NCBI RefSeq assembly: GCF_964355755.1
Contig: NC_092671.1
Span: forward strand, 8,556,001 to 8,620,000
DNA: 64,000 nt
Direction: 5' to 3'
DNA from: Antedon mediterranea
Taxonomy: Eukaryota > Animalia > Echinodermata
How positions within the stretch are numbered: position 1 is the first letter of the stretch; every line of letters begins with the position of its first letter. The notes beneath the pieces are model-generated. The model had not been told where the DNA came from. It made no database searches and worked only from the letters and a program-made list of their open reading frames with translations. Shown here piece by piece: positions 38,201 through 53,362 of this stretch. The position numbers were made by a program, and so were the translations under genes.

Positions 38201-41200
38201 CAATTTGTTGACTAATTGTATAATTTCAGAATTTACTTCTGCCTCTTAAGTCTATTTTGTTTCTGATTACCTGGATAAATGTTATTGTTTTATTGGTAGA
38301 ATTAGTTGTATTCTGTTATGTAAACATTAAAGGTATTCTGACTGAATACATCTTTGCTAAATACAAGATCCAAATCCAATAGGGTTTGTTTTTACTAATA
38401 ATAACAAATGTGTTCACTGATTTGCGGTACTTTGGTCTAGTGCATCACCTGATCAACCTGTACCTGAAACGCATAGATTACCAGGCCAAATTTAATCTTA
38501 TTGGAGCCAAGCAAATGCACTTTACAATAAGGAAATAATATAAAATTTACAAAATGCGTGACCCATGTAGATTATAAACCAATGAGGGATATGTTACATT
38601 ATATCCTAATAAACAGGGAATATGAACTGCTTGTTAAATTATACTGTATTATCATTCAGCATGGTAATGATATATTCACCTTGCCACCCACTTGCCTTGG
38701 AAAAAAATAGAATTTATCCAGTGGTTTTATTACTTACAGCATCCTTACAGTTAGTTACCGTATGTGACTTCAATAAATGAGATGGTTGGTGGACTGTAGG
38801 CTTAACTGTATCTATTAGTAGAAGATACCAACCCACCATTATTATCCAGCAAATTTATCCTTGCAAATAAATTGCCAGAAACACACCTGAAATTATCATA
38901 GCAAAGGACTCAGTCAGTCACCTTAATTTCAAAAGAAACAAAATTATTCATACATGTACAATATTGTTTTTTTTTATGTTGCAAACACTGTGTAACAATA
39001 GGTAGATCTCTGTCCTATTGCACTCGCTGGACTTTGCATGACACATAAGATTCCAATGTATCAATGTGCTTGCTATATCAGGCATCATTAGCCACTTAAA
39101 TAAACACCAAGTACATCAAGGAATGTATTCCAGCATGATGTACATATTTTAATGAGGAGAATTAACAGCAAGAAAGGAAAAGGTTGAAATGAATAATTTA
39201 TAATATGATTTATTAATGGCTCAATACAATATCCCTTGTCGTTATGATTGATTAAATCAACATATTATGTATTAAATCATAGAGGTGTAGGCCTACCTCC
39301 ATAGTTAAAATAACATGAATTTTAGGGAGAGGAGACCTGGTAATGAATGTACATACAGAGCCTTTTAACTATTGCGTTTCCGTTTCCATGCTTAACACTT
39401 CGTAGCCTATGTGTGGGGCATTGTTTTTTTATCGAGATCCTACAAAGTATTGTTTGTTGGTCACTCTCCCATGCACTCCTATGAAAGGTATTGTTTTTTT
39501 TATCGCAATCCCATCCATTGAAATAGCAAGTGTAGGAAACATCATTCTGGTTTTGCGCATACTGTATTAGAAATCTTCTAGTGAGACTACACAGTCTGAG
39601 ATCCCTTTAAAACTCAAAAAAGCTAAAAATTCTGTCCCTCCTAGTGCCACACATGTAAATCTCAATAAATGTGTAGCCTACCAGTATTTCCCTAACATTC
39701 TTTGATTGACACTAGTAGTAGCAACGCCATCTGCATCAATTCAGTTCTACCTCTGAATCTGTCATAAAATCTGCTATCGGCATTCAACAACAAGTTCATC
39801 CAATGTAAATCTACTATTTACAGGGTAAATAAACATCCTATAATAAAGAAAATACATCTGTCCCTACACAAATTTGTTCTGCAGTGTCAAAATCCACCAG
39901 TATTCCACAGGGATTTTGACTATACAACATGTGCTTGTACAGTAATTTGAAAGGAGTGCGAATTGATTAAATGTCAGTGGCTTCGTTTCTATGGCAATTG
40001 TAAACTAAAGTAAAAATTCAGAGTAGCTTTTAGTATGTTTTTCGGGTACTCGTTTTTAAATATACGTCTTATGATGGTGGTATGTTGTTCCCACTAGATG
40101 GGCCTCCAGTAGTTTTCAGACTGTACTATTTCCTGGTAGGGATGTCTAAAATGTCTTATTGTTCTCTTTGGAGAGACAGGCTATTGTAAGTTTATCCAGG
40201 TATGCGATACTCATAGACTTGGGTATTCAGTAGGATGCTGTACCAATTAATATTTTCTATTTAAAAAATGTACAATATATTTGATTTAAATGACAGTTAG
40301 AAGTATTTATTATTTTGTGGTATTATTTAGTCAAGAATAGCTGAACAATAAAAAACCTTTCCATATTAACCACTTCATTTGTTTCTCTATCTTGATTTTA
40401 ATGACTTAATTAAAACTTTGTTCTGGACTTCTATCTAAAGTTGAGTACTTATCAATAGCATTTATCCTTAAAAGTCTTTAATCATAAGAATTTACATCTT
40501 CTACTGTACATGTGTTTTGACCTGTTTATGAACTGCTATCCATTCTATTTGATTCAATAGAGTTAATTTTTAAAGATAGAGTTAATTTTTAAAGATAATA
40601 TTAGGTAAATATTGGAGAATTGACATATGGTAGAAGTCACATACACAGAATCACCACATTAGCTGTAAAATGCTCTATTTTATATTTAGGTGTTATTTAA
40701 ATTGATGTTATCTTTTCTGGTGTTATAAGATGTTCATCCCCTACGTTTTAACATTAATAAATAAATTACACAATTTCGAGTTTCAGTCTTTGAACCTCAG
40801 ATTTTCTCATTTTTATCATTTACTGTATTTAAATTGCTCGTTCAGAGTTTCTCTCTTATCGCGCTTAAATTTAATGATGTATACCGGTGAAATTATAGCA
40901 AACTCTATGTAATAAAATGTTTTGTAAAGGATTCAACGTTGACCCATTGTGGAATGATTTTTATTGAACTTATTTATTGATTGATTGATTATTTGAGGAC
41001 ATCCTGTCTCTTACAGTAAGCACCTCACTGGGATGTTTGTAGAAGGTACAGTACTTTTTAGTCAACATGATGAAAAATGAAATGCAGTTTGTGTATTTGA
41101 ATTATATACATTTTTGACCATTTGTTTGTGTATTCATTTTGGACATTATGTCTACACTGTTAGACTGTGTATGTTGACAAGTTGATCTTTCTGATGGAAG

Positions 41201-44200
41201 CTGGTAGATTTTTGCCTTTAAACCATTAGCTAATGATTACTGTGAATGTGTCTGTTTACATTGATTATGATGTGGTGATTGATCTTTCTATCTTAATTAT
41301 GTGTAGAAAGGAAATGGCTTCTGTCTTGTGAGGTCTATCATACATGCTTGACCGATGGACGAACTTAATTGACTCCAGTTATCTCTATCCGTAGTATACA
41401 CACATAGATTTACTGTAAGTGTGCCGATTCAAATATTATATCCAATACATGTCAGTACCTCTAGTACTGATAGGTTTCAAACATCTGTAATGTTATACAT
41501 GTACAAATGGAGAAAAGGTTATTATTAGTATACTTGATGTCAAAGACGTGTTTTGTATCAAATTTAAATTATTAATAAATATTATCATAATGGTTTTCAC
41601 CATTTATACATTTTTTTCTTATATTAATGACGAGTAAATGGCGTTAAAGAAAGCAAAAATACATGACCTTTGAACTGAGGGTTCAATTGGCAGGTTTACT
41701 TTATCATTCTTTAATGGTCAATTTACAATGCAAGTAAGTATTTCCGTCTTACGAAAACCTTTTCTCTGTTTAAATTTAGTTTCTTTACATTAGTTATTTT
41801 GTGTTTTCTAAAATTATAAAATGCCAGGGTTCGACTATATCTATGTCTTACCTTAATGTTGCATACCTGGGGATTGTAAATAATTTAATTTGATGGATTT
41901 TCAAACTAAGAATTTATATTAGTTCACAAGTTCATATAGACACAATTTTAATACAATAGGTTATATCCTAAAAAAATGAGGTGTAATGTGAAAAGTAAAA
42001 ATGATAAAGAAAATATAATTGATAAAACCCAGCATAAAATGTTCACATAAAAGGTAACACTTTGAAAAATAGATGGGGGTTTTTTTTCCAACTAATAATA
42101 CAATTTGTCAAAAATGTTAATGAAACTAGCTTGTTTCATCTAGTTTTCCAGATAAGAAAGGTTGAATGTTAATGTAATCATTTCATAACTTTTTAGCTTT
42201 TACTATCCTGTCTAATAATGATTAACATAATGCAGAAAAAATAAAAAATACATTTTATTTTGGACTATTTTAGTAAGGAAGCACATTTAGCTACTACATA
42301 TCCATGATCTTGAACATTTGCATATAGATGCAGGTGCTTGATAAGGAATCAATGTCTAGCCCAAGGACACTATCAAGTGTCTAGCTAACACAAGTGGTCA
42401 GCTTCAGATCTAGTGGATAATCTCCAGATAGGAAATCTTAGCTAGCTACCATCTTGTCTGATAACTTGATAATCCATGCTGCCACAGTATCCAGGTTACT
42501 ATATATTTCTTTAGATATATTCAAGTGTTCTTAAAGAAAAATGATCATTTAGATATGAAGATCAAGTAGGTAACATAATTGATTATTAGACAGTTGCCTT
42601 TTAACATAAGATCGATGATCACATCTGCCATAAGATTCACAGGCAACTGCTTCAATCATGCAAAAAAAAATCATTTTGATTTAGTTGTTCATAAAAAGAC
42701 TTTCATAGAAATGAAAAGGCATTCATATCGATATTTATAAATCATAAAGTTTTAAAAACATGTGCTGTATTATAAGTTGATAAATTATTTATAAAGAATA
42801 GATTCATTAAATGTTTCTTGCTTCAATTGAAAGAAGTTTTAAAAGTCGGGCTTGAAAACTAATTTTAGATATTACATTGGCTTTGAAAATAATCAAAATT
42901 TTTCAGAACATTACTACTAAATGTAACGCTATTAAGACAATTTATATTTATGGTCAAGCATGCATGTCTGTTAAGTTTTACATTGCGACTCAATTGCTGT
43001 GTCCAATCACTTTCTTATATATAACCATGCCAAGCATGTGTAGCAGATATTTTGACATTAACTTTTATTACATTTTAAACAAAGAACTTTAGTGATGTTC
43101 TTATTTATGTCCAAAAACCATTGTTTCTAAAAGCTGTTTTTTTAAGTGCAGTTGTATATCAAATATTAATCTTTAATTAATTGTATCTTTAAAAATGGAT
43201 ACTGATTTAATATTTATGATAGAAATTATTAAGGAGCCCATATGTTTACTTAATGATGGGTTTGTAAGATCATCATAAGACTATTGTGCAATGCAACATT
43301 GCAATTCAATGTTTTAAGGTTATAGTTTTATTAGATATATTTTATAATTGTTGTGTTTTTTATTTATATCCATATGATCTCAACATATTTTTTTTTGTCT
43401 TCAATTTACAGAAATTTCCTGAAAATGTTAATGAAAAAATTTATATGTTATACACTTGTGTAATGATATGGAAATTTATACAATACCAAATTTGAATACT
43501 ATTATTTATTCTGTAAAATCAGAAGTGTAGTTAAAATACATTTTTTTTCTTATCCTATGTTTGATAAATTCATTAACAAATATTAATATATATATAGATA
43601 AATTAAATCTAGTAAAAAGATATCCATACATTAAGTACAGTAAAATAATTGTGTCCCTAAAGACGTGTTAAATAAATGCTGATAATATTGAATATTTCTT
43701 GATTTGCTCGAGTCATTTGCAATGTTGGTCTGTAAATATTGGTACGATTTAAACTGAATCAACCAGCGATATTGACATACGGATTACTGCACTGACTGTA
43801 TTCAATTACTCTGTATTGGATTTCCTATTCATACCAGTATGACCTAATAATACTAATATTAAAGCTGTTTTGGTCTTGTGGCAGTTAAATGATAATAATT
43901 AGCCATTATTAATTTACATAACGCTTCTCTACTTCACAGTAAACATATTCTTTCCTAGTAATTAACTATTCATACCAGTTTGGCAATATCTTACTCTGAT
44001 AATAACTCACTATTTGGTATTTTCATTATTCATCTTATAAAAAACGACAATGGCCTAATAATACAAAATGGCTATATAGTCTATATAATTATAGTTTAAT
44101 TAATGTTACTTCTATTAGACATTAATTATTAGTTATTCTTAAAAAATGTATGTACAAATTTAGTTGGCAACGAAATAATGTTTTCCAAAGCTTCGCTTCT

Positions 44201-47200
44201 CATTTTTTGCATTTTCTGTTCAATAAATATGTGTATGCTGTTTGATGTAATTTATACGAATTTGTAAAGATTTCTTCTGTCTGCCAAACTTTATTTCAAT
44301 ATTCTGTGAATGCTGTATATCAACCTTAATTTTTAACAAAAATAATGTATTCTTGCATTTCTACTGAACAGTTTTACAGAAGTCATAGAGGAGTGGTCGT
44401 TAGGATTGTGGCGCACTGACTTCTGCATTCACCACAATTAGTCGGCATGCAAGACAATTATGTTCTGGATGAGTGAACCTGCTTTTCTATTGTTTACGTG
44501 ATCAATCTTTCTCTGCATTCATTGGACCATAGTTGTCTTGTGGCTGTGCTTACTTCCAAACGAAAAGATTTGAATGCAATAAAATCCTATGATTGTGTTT
44601 GGTAAACTAACAATGGTTTTTAGAATATTTGAACAGTGGTTTCCCTTTTCACTGATTGTATCAATTTTTTTTAAAGTAGGTTTCTTTGTAAAAGTTTACT
44701 CCAGGACTTTTATTGAATCTAAATTCATCGGAATAACAAGTTTATACCGCAAGCATACCACTTTGATGTTATTATTACCTGGAATTATAGACTATATAGA
44801 AACTTATTGTTAAGTACCGTAAAATAGCAAAATAACATTGTTATCATTTGTAACTTTATTTACCAACCTTTCCCCACTTTCTAAGGTTCATAATAATATT
44901 TCATATTTAGCCAAGGCTGCTGCTGATGTCAAATCTGTTTTTATAATTCTTACAATAGAACCTTTTATTACTAAATAATTTAGTACAGTTTTACTAAGGT
45001 CATAAGAACTTAATACCTGTACATACATTTTAGGATGCTAAAACAAGTTTTATGATACCACATTCTTAAAATATAAATTTAAATAGAGAATGACTAAGGA
45101 ATTGAACCTATGAACTTTCAGTAAGTAGGTGAGTGCTACTACCGTGCAGTCACACTAATAATATTCAATAAGTGCTTAGATTACCTGCATACTTTAAAAT
45201 ATTCAACTTTTATTTACAAAATTCTGATCATTCTACATGCATTTAGAGGAATTTAATTTCTTTCATGTTTATTAAAGGTCATTCCAATTCGACCTGTATC
45301 ATTTCCAGTCATGCTAAAACAGTATAATTTAGAGTACGAAGATTGAATAAATTTACAAGTCTGTGAAATACAATATTCCCTTCCCTCTACTTTTATGTAT
45401 CTAACGTCATGAACCATGACCAAGGACCCCTTTTTAGCATGCCTTAACTTTGAAATTTAGTCCCCTTGTAGTTGATTTATCAAGTTTTTGGAGAAGAGGT
45501 GACAGCCAGAACCAATAACTCCAACCTCAGAAATGGATCGATTCCTCTGTTCCTTCCAACTGGCAACAAGTTCCAAGCAGTCGACATAACTCATGACAGC
45601 AGACGACAAGGAAATATGATTCAAAGCATAATTCAAATATTTTTTTGATAATATTACTTTACAATATTGACGTTTTCTGTACAAAAAGGCATAAATTAAA
45701 CATTTTTAACAATAGATCATTGTAATGAAAGTCTTTAAATTTAAAAACAAAATGACAGAATAGCAAGTTCAGTAGCAAAAATGTTCACAGACCTTGTTAA
45801 AAAAAATAAACCCTTGAAAATAATATTATAATACCACGACCAAGTCTGCGGCTTTCATTCTCTAACTGAACCCATCCTCCAGATTTCAGCTCAATTTCCT
45901 CACATTGCCAACACAACATTAGTTTTTACTAAATAGCCTGTTTTTCTGCTCTAAAGCTGATTTGAATTATGTGTTCTAAGTGGTGGGCTGAACACCTGAA
46001 TCTGAGAATTATTAATACAAAAATAATTTAAAGCATGACATTAAATAACATTCTCATACTTCAACAGTATTTATTCATTATACATTGTCATCAAGCGCTG
46101 TGTGCAATCTTTGAATTGACAGTTGTTTTTAGTACGCTGGTAAACGATCTTTTTTGTAGCGAAACGTTATACTTGCCCTAGGTCTGTAGCTCTTAGAATA
46201 CTCATGACTTTGTATCTTCATTCGGATATGTCCAACTAGTAGTATATTAATTGATTAAATGGCTTTTACCTCCAAGGTCATCTAGTTGTGTCTCATTAGA
46301 TTTCTTTCTATAAATGTTTATTAAGAGGACTAGTCATTAATTACTACAAAGAAAGCAAAGATCCTAATTACAAACTACTAGTAAGAATAATGTTCAAAGA
46401 TTAGAAGAGAAATACATCATACTGTGAAAAATTGATTGATAAATTGTTGCATTTGTTTCCATGACATCCAGGTGTATTTTAAATAGTTTCATTGTAGTTA
46501 TAGTAACTGGTAGGCAATGCAATCAAGACTCGTCAACTAAAAAAACAATATTTAAAAACAAAATGTGATTTATACGATATGTATATTATAAATGCATTTT
46601 AAATGGGAATGTCAGACAAATAAAATTTATTAAAAATAAATGTAAAACTTTTATAAATGTGGAAAAATAATCATTTGTTAGTTCTCCTTTGACAACTTAA
46701 TATTACAGGCTATATACTTAAAATATTGTTGTTTACACTAAAATAAAGCAATAAATATGATTTATTTGACTTTGCCTGTCACTTGCATCTATACCCATTA
46801 ATCATAAGATTTTGCATATTATAGTTAGCAGCATTATATATACATATATACCTACTGTATAACCTTTATTTTTACATTTTGAGACATTAACAGCAATAGT
46901 ACTATTTAATTAATGACTATAATGTGTATGTAGGTGAATCTAGATAATATATCATCCATACTAAAACCCTTTTCACACTATTTAGCAAATATTAACGACT
47001 AATTACATGTTGCATGCAGGAAATCATCACAAGTACTATGTGTTGCAAATTTGAACCAGAGACAAATTCATCCTAAAAAATTGAATCCTAAAATCTATTG
47101 ACAAATATGTTTGTGGTATTTTTTAATAATAGGGGAAGACCATTTTGGAACAATCTAACATTGGCCTAGACTTAGAAAATAGCCGAGACCAAACCAAAAT

Positions 47201-48851
47201 AACTGTGTTAAAATCACTGCCTTAACACAAACAAATCCTAAGCTTTTCAAGTAGTCCCTTTAATAAATGTGCGAGAGCGTAAAATAATAAATTGATATCA
47301 GAATGAATCAGAATCGTTCCATTATCATCAGTTACTTTTCATAAACACTAGACTAAATTTGCAGGTGTTTTTATTTTTGAATTAAGGAGATTACTGTGTG
47401 AATATCACTATAGTAACGTAAGCCTTCATTTTTAATACCTGTTCATTTTTATCATTTTCAAAGATAATAAATTGATAACAAAAGAGGAGAAAGCAAAAAC
47501 AGAATGTAAATTTCGTATATTTTTCTCAATACATTTGTTACTACTAATTGGCAAGCTACAGTGGTATGACATTTATGAGACAAAAATAATAAAATTATGC
47601 CACTTCAAGTTTAATTGGCTCATAAAATATACATTTTTTTTGTTTGCTACTCAGGAGTTTTGACAGTATGTTTCAATTGTAGCAATATACATTAATCTAT
47701 ATCATGCCTAGAGCTTACCTGGATAAACCAAAAATAGCCCTCTCCTTCCAAAGAGAGGAATGTTTGTTTTTCTTGTTTGTTTCTAATAATAACAATTAAC
47801 ACTATTTTAATAGAATTTGTTAAACATACCAAAATGTAGTTCAGTAATATGGCCCTTTGTGGGAATTATAACATTAACAACTACATAGGGTATTTCCATC
47901 AGCCACATTACAATGTGGTATTCACCAAGACTGATGATGGCTGTTATACTTCCTCAATTTTGTCTATATTATGCTGTCTATTCCTTCTGTCTTCTTGGAT
48001 TATGTCCGGTGTCGGAAAAACACATGCATCTCAGCACGTGAGCTATATGCATGCAATATGTCTTGTTTAACATAATGTTCTTTATCTTGTAAAAGGATTT
48101 AGTTTTGTTTTTAAGACGCAGTAAAATTCATCGATCTGTGCATTGCTTGCCGTCACATTAGTCTTAATGTTTTTATCATCCCTTAGAAACCTATCCTTTA
48201 TGTTTTTCTTTTTATTTATGTTGATTATATGTACCTTTCTTTAATGTTATTGTTAGTCTCTTTCCAATTAAAGTCTCCCATCGAAAGTGTAAGAAAGTAT
48301 GTACAATTAGAAACCTGCCAATGAAAAAATCTTTAGAGTGTTGAAGTATGCTGGTTACTTCTGTCTTTTATTACTTCATAATGCTTCAATGTATGTTTAA
48401 CTTCAAAACATTTATTGATAAATTTGTTATTGATTATTTTATTCTATTTCACAGTCGTCACTCCATGGAATACTAAACAAAATATGGAATGTATATTAAA
48501 TACAATATGAAAAATGATAAAATTTACTGCTAAACATTACATTTCTTCTTACGCTCATAAACATGATGCTTCTTCTCGACTATAACAGATTTCTCTGCTT
48601 GTTGTTCCACCTGTTTGAGATTCGATCCACTGTAGTAATACATAGTCTATGTTTAGTTTACCTATAGAAGGAAAAGCCGCTTTCAGTCGTGATTAGATTG
48701 ATTGATGTCTGATGTACGGCAAGCTCATTAAAATTCATGCGTGGAGAATCGTAGAAGGGTAGTTAAATTCGAGATATTTTAAAAGAATTTATGAAACATG
48801 TTTTCTATAGTGTCGATGATATAGGTAATTATATGAAAAAAAATTACACTT

Positions 48852-49112
48852 TTCAGGTTGGATGTTAAGACGTTGGTCCTAAAAGGAAAACTATAAAAAA
48901 AGACTCTGTGTTATGGTAACAGTTTATCTCTATGAAATCCATTTTTTGGACTTCATTCAAGCTTCAGATTGGATGTTAAGCCATTGGTCCTATTTATATG
49001 AAATCTATAAAAAGCATAATTTTCTCTGTGTTATGATCACAATTTGTCTTTATAACATCCTTTTGGGCTTTATGATAGCTAATATTATGCTCTTCAAATT
49101 AGATGTTAAGCC
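48852..49112. repeat. Old diverged tandem repeat (~110-130 bp, ~2.2 units)
   Basis: TTCA..TT.GATGTTAAG....TGGTCCTA recurs at about 48852, 48963 and 49093; CTCTGTGTTATG occurs twice. Confidence 0.7.
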
Positions 49113-52100
49113 ATTGATCATATGTGAATTAAAACTTTATAATAATTATATACAGAAGAGTATGCTCCAATAACCTGACTAGTTGCTATGCATTGGCATG
49201 TTCCCGATGTTCAACCATGGCATTTATGTGATTTTTCATTCTAGAAACCTAATGTACTGAAACATTTGTATATTATTTAACCTAAATTGAAATAAAAAAT
49301 AATTAATGATATTTGCCAATTAATATCATTTTATGATAATATATTATTTTATTACATTAATCTTAACTGTTTGAAGACGATAATGATAATGTCCATTTGT
49401 ATAGCGTCATTTATTATGGTGAGCCTGTGGATTTATATGTATTTTTGCCATTAATTTACAATGTATAAAAATTACTTAAACCTAAATGCACCAGTAAGCT
49501 TCAATGTCTCTTAAAGAGAATTTTTAAATTCCAATATTTTATCACAACTGTTATGAGTAATTATAATAATTGTAGGGAAATCTTTGATACAATTCTTACT
49601 TTAGCCTTGACTCACAAGTTCACCTTTCAGAAACTATTTATGTGAAAAAAATACAATTTTTTATGTCAAATTTTTTTCAATAGACAGATCAGTATCATCT
49701 GTATTCATCCCTCATGGGGCAATTAACAAAAGGAGGAGATGGATTACTTACTCCCTTGAAATCCTAAATAATATGTTAAATGGACATTGTTGAAGAAAGT
49801 CTAATTTTTATAAGTCATAACTTTATTAGTATTGTTTCGGAGTGTTCCCAAAAATGTTGAGAGTTTCCAGATCTTTTAGGTTGCTTCTCACAAACTTAAA
49901 TTTTCTCTCAAAATATCATTTGAATTTTTAACCTGTACTTGTTAAGGTTTATTTAGAAAAACAGAAACAAATGGATAACATTTTTTCAGTAGTGCATTTT
50001 TGTATTATAAATGTTATGCAATATTCTTTTTTATTATTCAAAGTTTCGAGGTCTTCTTTTGCAACTTTATAACCCATTTTTGGATGGATTTAAAAGGTAT
50101 GAACTTACATTATGACAGTAAAATATTACAGTTATATAACATAATATGCACAAACATGTAATTTGTCTTTTTTATGATATCAGAGGTGTCATATTAGAAT
50201 AAATTACATTGTAAATGTTGAAACAGATTTGTTAAAAGTCATTTCTTAATGGGGAAAGTATTTTACAAAAGTGAATCTATGTCGTATGTAATTTGCAAAA
50301 AGCTTTCAAATTAAATTTTATGGATCATTTTAAAGTAAAAATAACTTAACAGATTACATGAGCAATGTTAAATTAAATTAATCTTATTTTGTCTTTTGTA
50401 AAAAGATGTTTCACCAGCAGTGTCATATAGTACATCTGAAAATATGGAATTTTTAATCTTGAGTTGAATTGTAAACATACAGTATAAGAAAGGAATTCCA
50501 CATTGTTCAGTATGTTTTACAGTTGTGTATTTATTATTTGTCATTTAATTATTCTGTTTGTACCCAACAAAATTGCACAATTTGTGTATACAATACATAC
50601 ATCTTATATATATCTTAGTTGTCATATTTGTTGTTGAAAAGTTGAGAATAAATAAATATGTCACTTCACTTGCAGATCAAAAGAGGCCCGTGAAACTAAA
50701 TCTCAAAATAAGTTTGAATTAAATTATATGGTTTTAAATCTATCAAAATGTAATCATCCTTTTACTTCTGTGAATTTCTCCATTGATTCTAGATCAGTCA
50801 CACACCTATACATTCCCAATCTTCTCATTAAATATTATATTTTCAAAATTTATTTCAATAGGACTAGTAATAGTATTGTTCTACTTGGCTTGCATATTTT
50901 ATTTCCCAATTTGGTTGGCCTAGATTTTATAATTATATTATGATTTTATATATTCCCAGTTATACGAAACCATAGAGAAATTAGACTAATTCTTCCATGC
51001 ATGTCCAATAGAATGAATTATCAATAATATTGTTTTTATCATATTGTTCTACTTTCTGGTTGTTGACACAACATTGAATGTAAAAAAGGCTATATGTAAT
51101 GCCTAGCTCACCTGGTTAAACCAACAATAGCCATCCATCCCTCCAAAGAGAGGATCACAGATAGTGAGTGGTCGAGCGGTTAAGGCGGTGGAACGGTAAT
51201 ACATACTGTAGCCAGCTCACTCAGTGCATTGTTTTGGTGGTGGAATGAGTCTAGTGTACAAAACAGATTTGTGTGTGCTAGTACATCTTTCGAAATCAGT
51301 TGCAGTTTAACTCTTCGTACTAGTTCACACTAGACCATGGTCATGGACAGAAAAGTGCAACCTCTACACTCCAACCTCTACACTCCAAGCAATGATCAAC
51401 AGTATTACTGGAATGGATAAAGTATATTGTCATGGCCATTGTCATTATTTCATTTTTTAAAACCATCGTGTGTATGGGGACAATACAAATATTAATGTAA
51501 TTTTTAAAGTATTTTATTCATAAATAGAAACATGTGGGCATTCAATAATTTATTCTTTAACTTAAAACCTTCAAAAATTATTTACTTTATCGTTTCCTTA
51601 ATCAATTATTTATACCATTTGCACAAATTTGTTTGCGACTCAAAGTTCTATTTTTGTAATACATTTCAATTATATAGTCAATACAATTGAAGGCAATTAG
51701 ATTGGAATTTAGTTATCAAATAACAGTCAATTAGGAAATTGCTATTTAACCTGTAAATGTCAACTACTTAATTAATTCTCTTTCCGGATAATACTATTAC
51801 TGTGGCATATTCAGGTTTATAGCTGTTTTTAAGATGTTAGAAAGAGGTTAGCAGTCCCCGGTAGCCATTCCTACCTCCTAGTATATGTGTGCTAATAGTA
51901 ATACTGGATGAACATAGAATAATTCACCATGCATGTTCAATTCTAGCAAAGTTGTAAACTACCTACTGTTACACATTTGAACATGAAATGTGTGTGCATG
52001 AATGTACAAACTATAATGTAGTGAGTCAGTTTTCATAAAAATGCTTCAAATTTGAGGGTGTGTTTGTTTTATCCCAGTTTGGTTGCATACATTTTTTACC

Positions 52101-52124
52101 CCAGGGTTACCATTAAATATTCCC

Positions 52125-53362
52125 TATAGGTTTCTTGTATACCCAGTGTTGCCTTATACAGTATCCCATAGGTTCTCTTCTACCAGGGTTGCGTTATACA
52201 GTATCCTATAGGTTCTCTTCTACCCAGAGTTGCTTATACAGTATCCAATAGGTTCTCTTCTACCCAGGGTTGCCTTATACAGTATCCTATAGGTTCTCTT
52301 CTACCCAGAGTTGCTTATACAGTATCCTATAGGTTCTCTTCTACCCAGAGTTGCTTATTCAGTATCCAATAGGTTCTCTTCTACCTAGAGTTGCTTATAC
52401 AGTATCCGATAGGTTCTCTTTTACCCAGAGTTGCTTATACAGTATCCTATAGGTTCTCTTCTACCCAGGGTTGCCTTATACAGTATCCCATAGGTTCTCT
52501 TCTACCAGGGTTGCGTTATACAATATCCTATAGGTTCTCTTCTACCAGGGTTGCTTATACAGTATCCCATAGGTTCTCTTCTACCAGGGTTGCGTTATAC
52601 AGTATCCTATAGGTTCTCTTCTACCCAGGGTTGCCTTATACAGTATCCAATAGGTTCTCTTCTACCAGGGTTGCTTATACAGTATCCCATAGGTTCTCTT
52701 CTACCAGGGTTGCGTTATACAATATCCTATAGGTTCTCTTCTACCAGGGTTGCTTATACAGTATCCCATAGGTTCTCTTCTACCAGGGTTGCGTTATACA
52801 GTATCCAATAGGTTCTCTTCTACCCAGGGTTGCCTTATACAGTATCCCATAGGTTCTCTTCTACCCAGAGTTGCTTATACAGTATCCCATAGGTTCTCTT
52901 CTACCAGGGTTGCGTTATACAGTATCCTATAGGTTCTCTTCTACCCAGGGTTGCCTTATACAGTATCCCATAGGTTCTCTTCTACCAGGGTTGCGTTATA
53001 CAGTATCCTATAGGTTCTCTTCTACCCAGTGTTGCCTTATACAGTATCCCATAGGTTCTCTTCTACCAGGGTTGCGTTATACAGTATCCTATAGGTTTTC
53101 TTCTACCCAGAGTTGCTTATACAGTATCCCATAGGTTCTCTTCTGCCCAGAGTTGCTTATACAGTATCCCATAGGTTCTCTTCTACCCAGGGTTGCGTTA
53201 TACAGTATCCTATAGGTTTTCTTCTACCCAGAGTTGCTTATACAGTATCCCATAGGTTCTCTTCTACCAGGGTTGCCTTATACAGTATCCATAGGTTCTC
53301 TTCTACCCAGGGTTGCCTTATACAGTATCCCATAGGTTCTCTTCTGCCCAGGGTTGCATTAT
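52125..53362. repeat. ~40-bp minisatellite array, ~30 copies
   Basis: Head-to-tail units of ATAGGTTCTCTTCTACC(C)AG(G/A)GTTGC(C/G)TTATACAGTATCC(C/T/A), 39-41 bp, with no unique spacers. Confidence 0.97.

Noticed and set aside
39017-39038. TATTGCACTCG resembling miR-92
   Set aside because: Only the 5' half matches, and no hairpin partner is evident.
45457-45684. 75-aa minus-strand ORF as a nested gene
   Set aside because: No recognisable domain or convincing splice sites in the frames I checked.
47714-47723. CTTACCTGG resembling the U1 snRNA 5' end
   Set aside because: No further U1 similarity; it belongs to the dispersed repeat family.
51160-51200. tRNA-Ser/Leu-like 5' sequence GTGGTCGAGCGGTTAAGGCG
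   Set aside because: Only the A box/D-arm is present, with no T-arm/B box or acceptor stem. At most a SINE or tRNA fragment.
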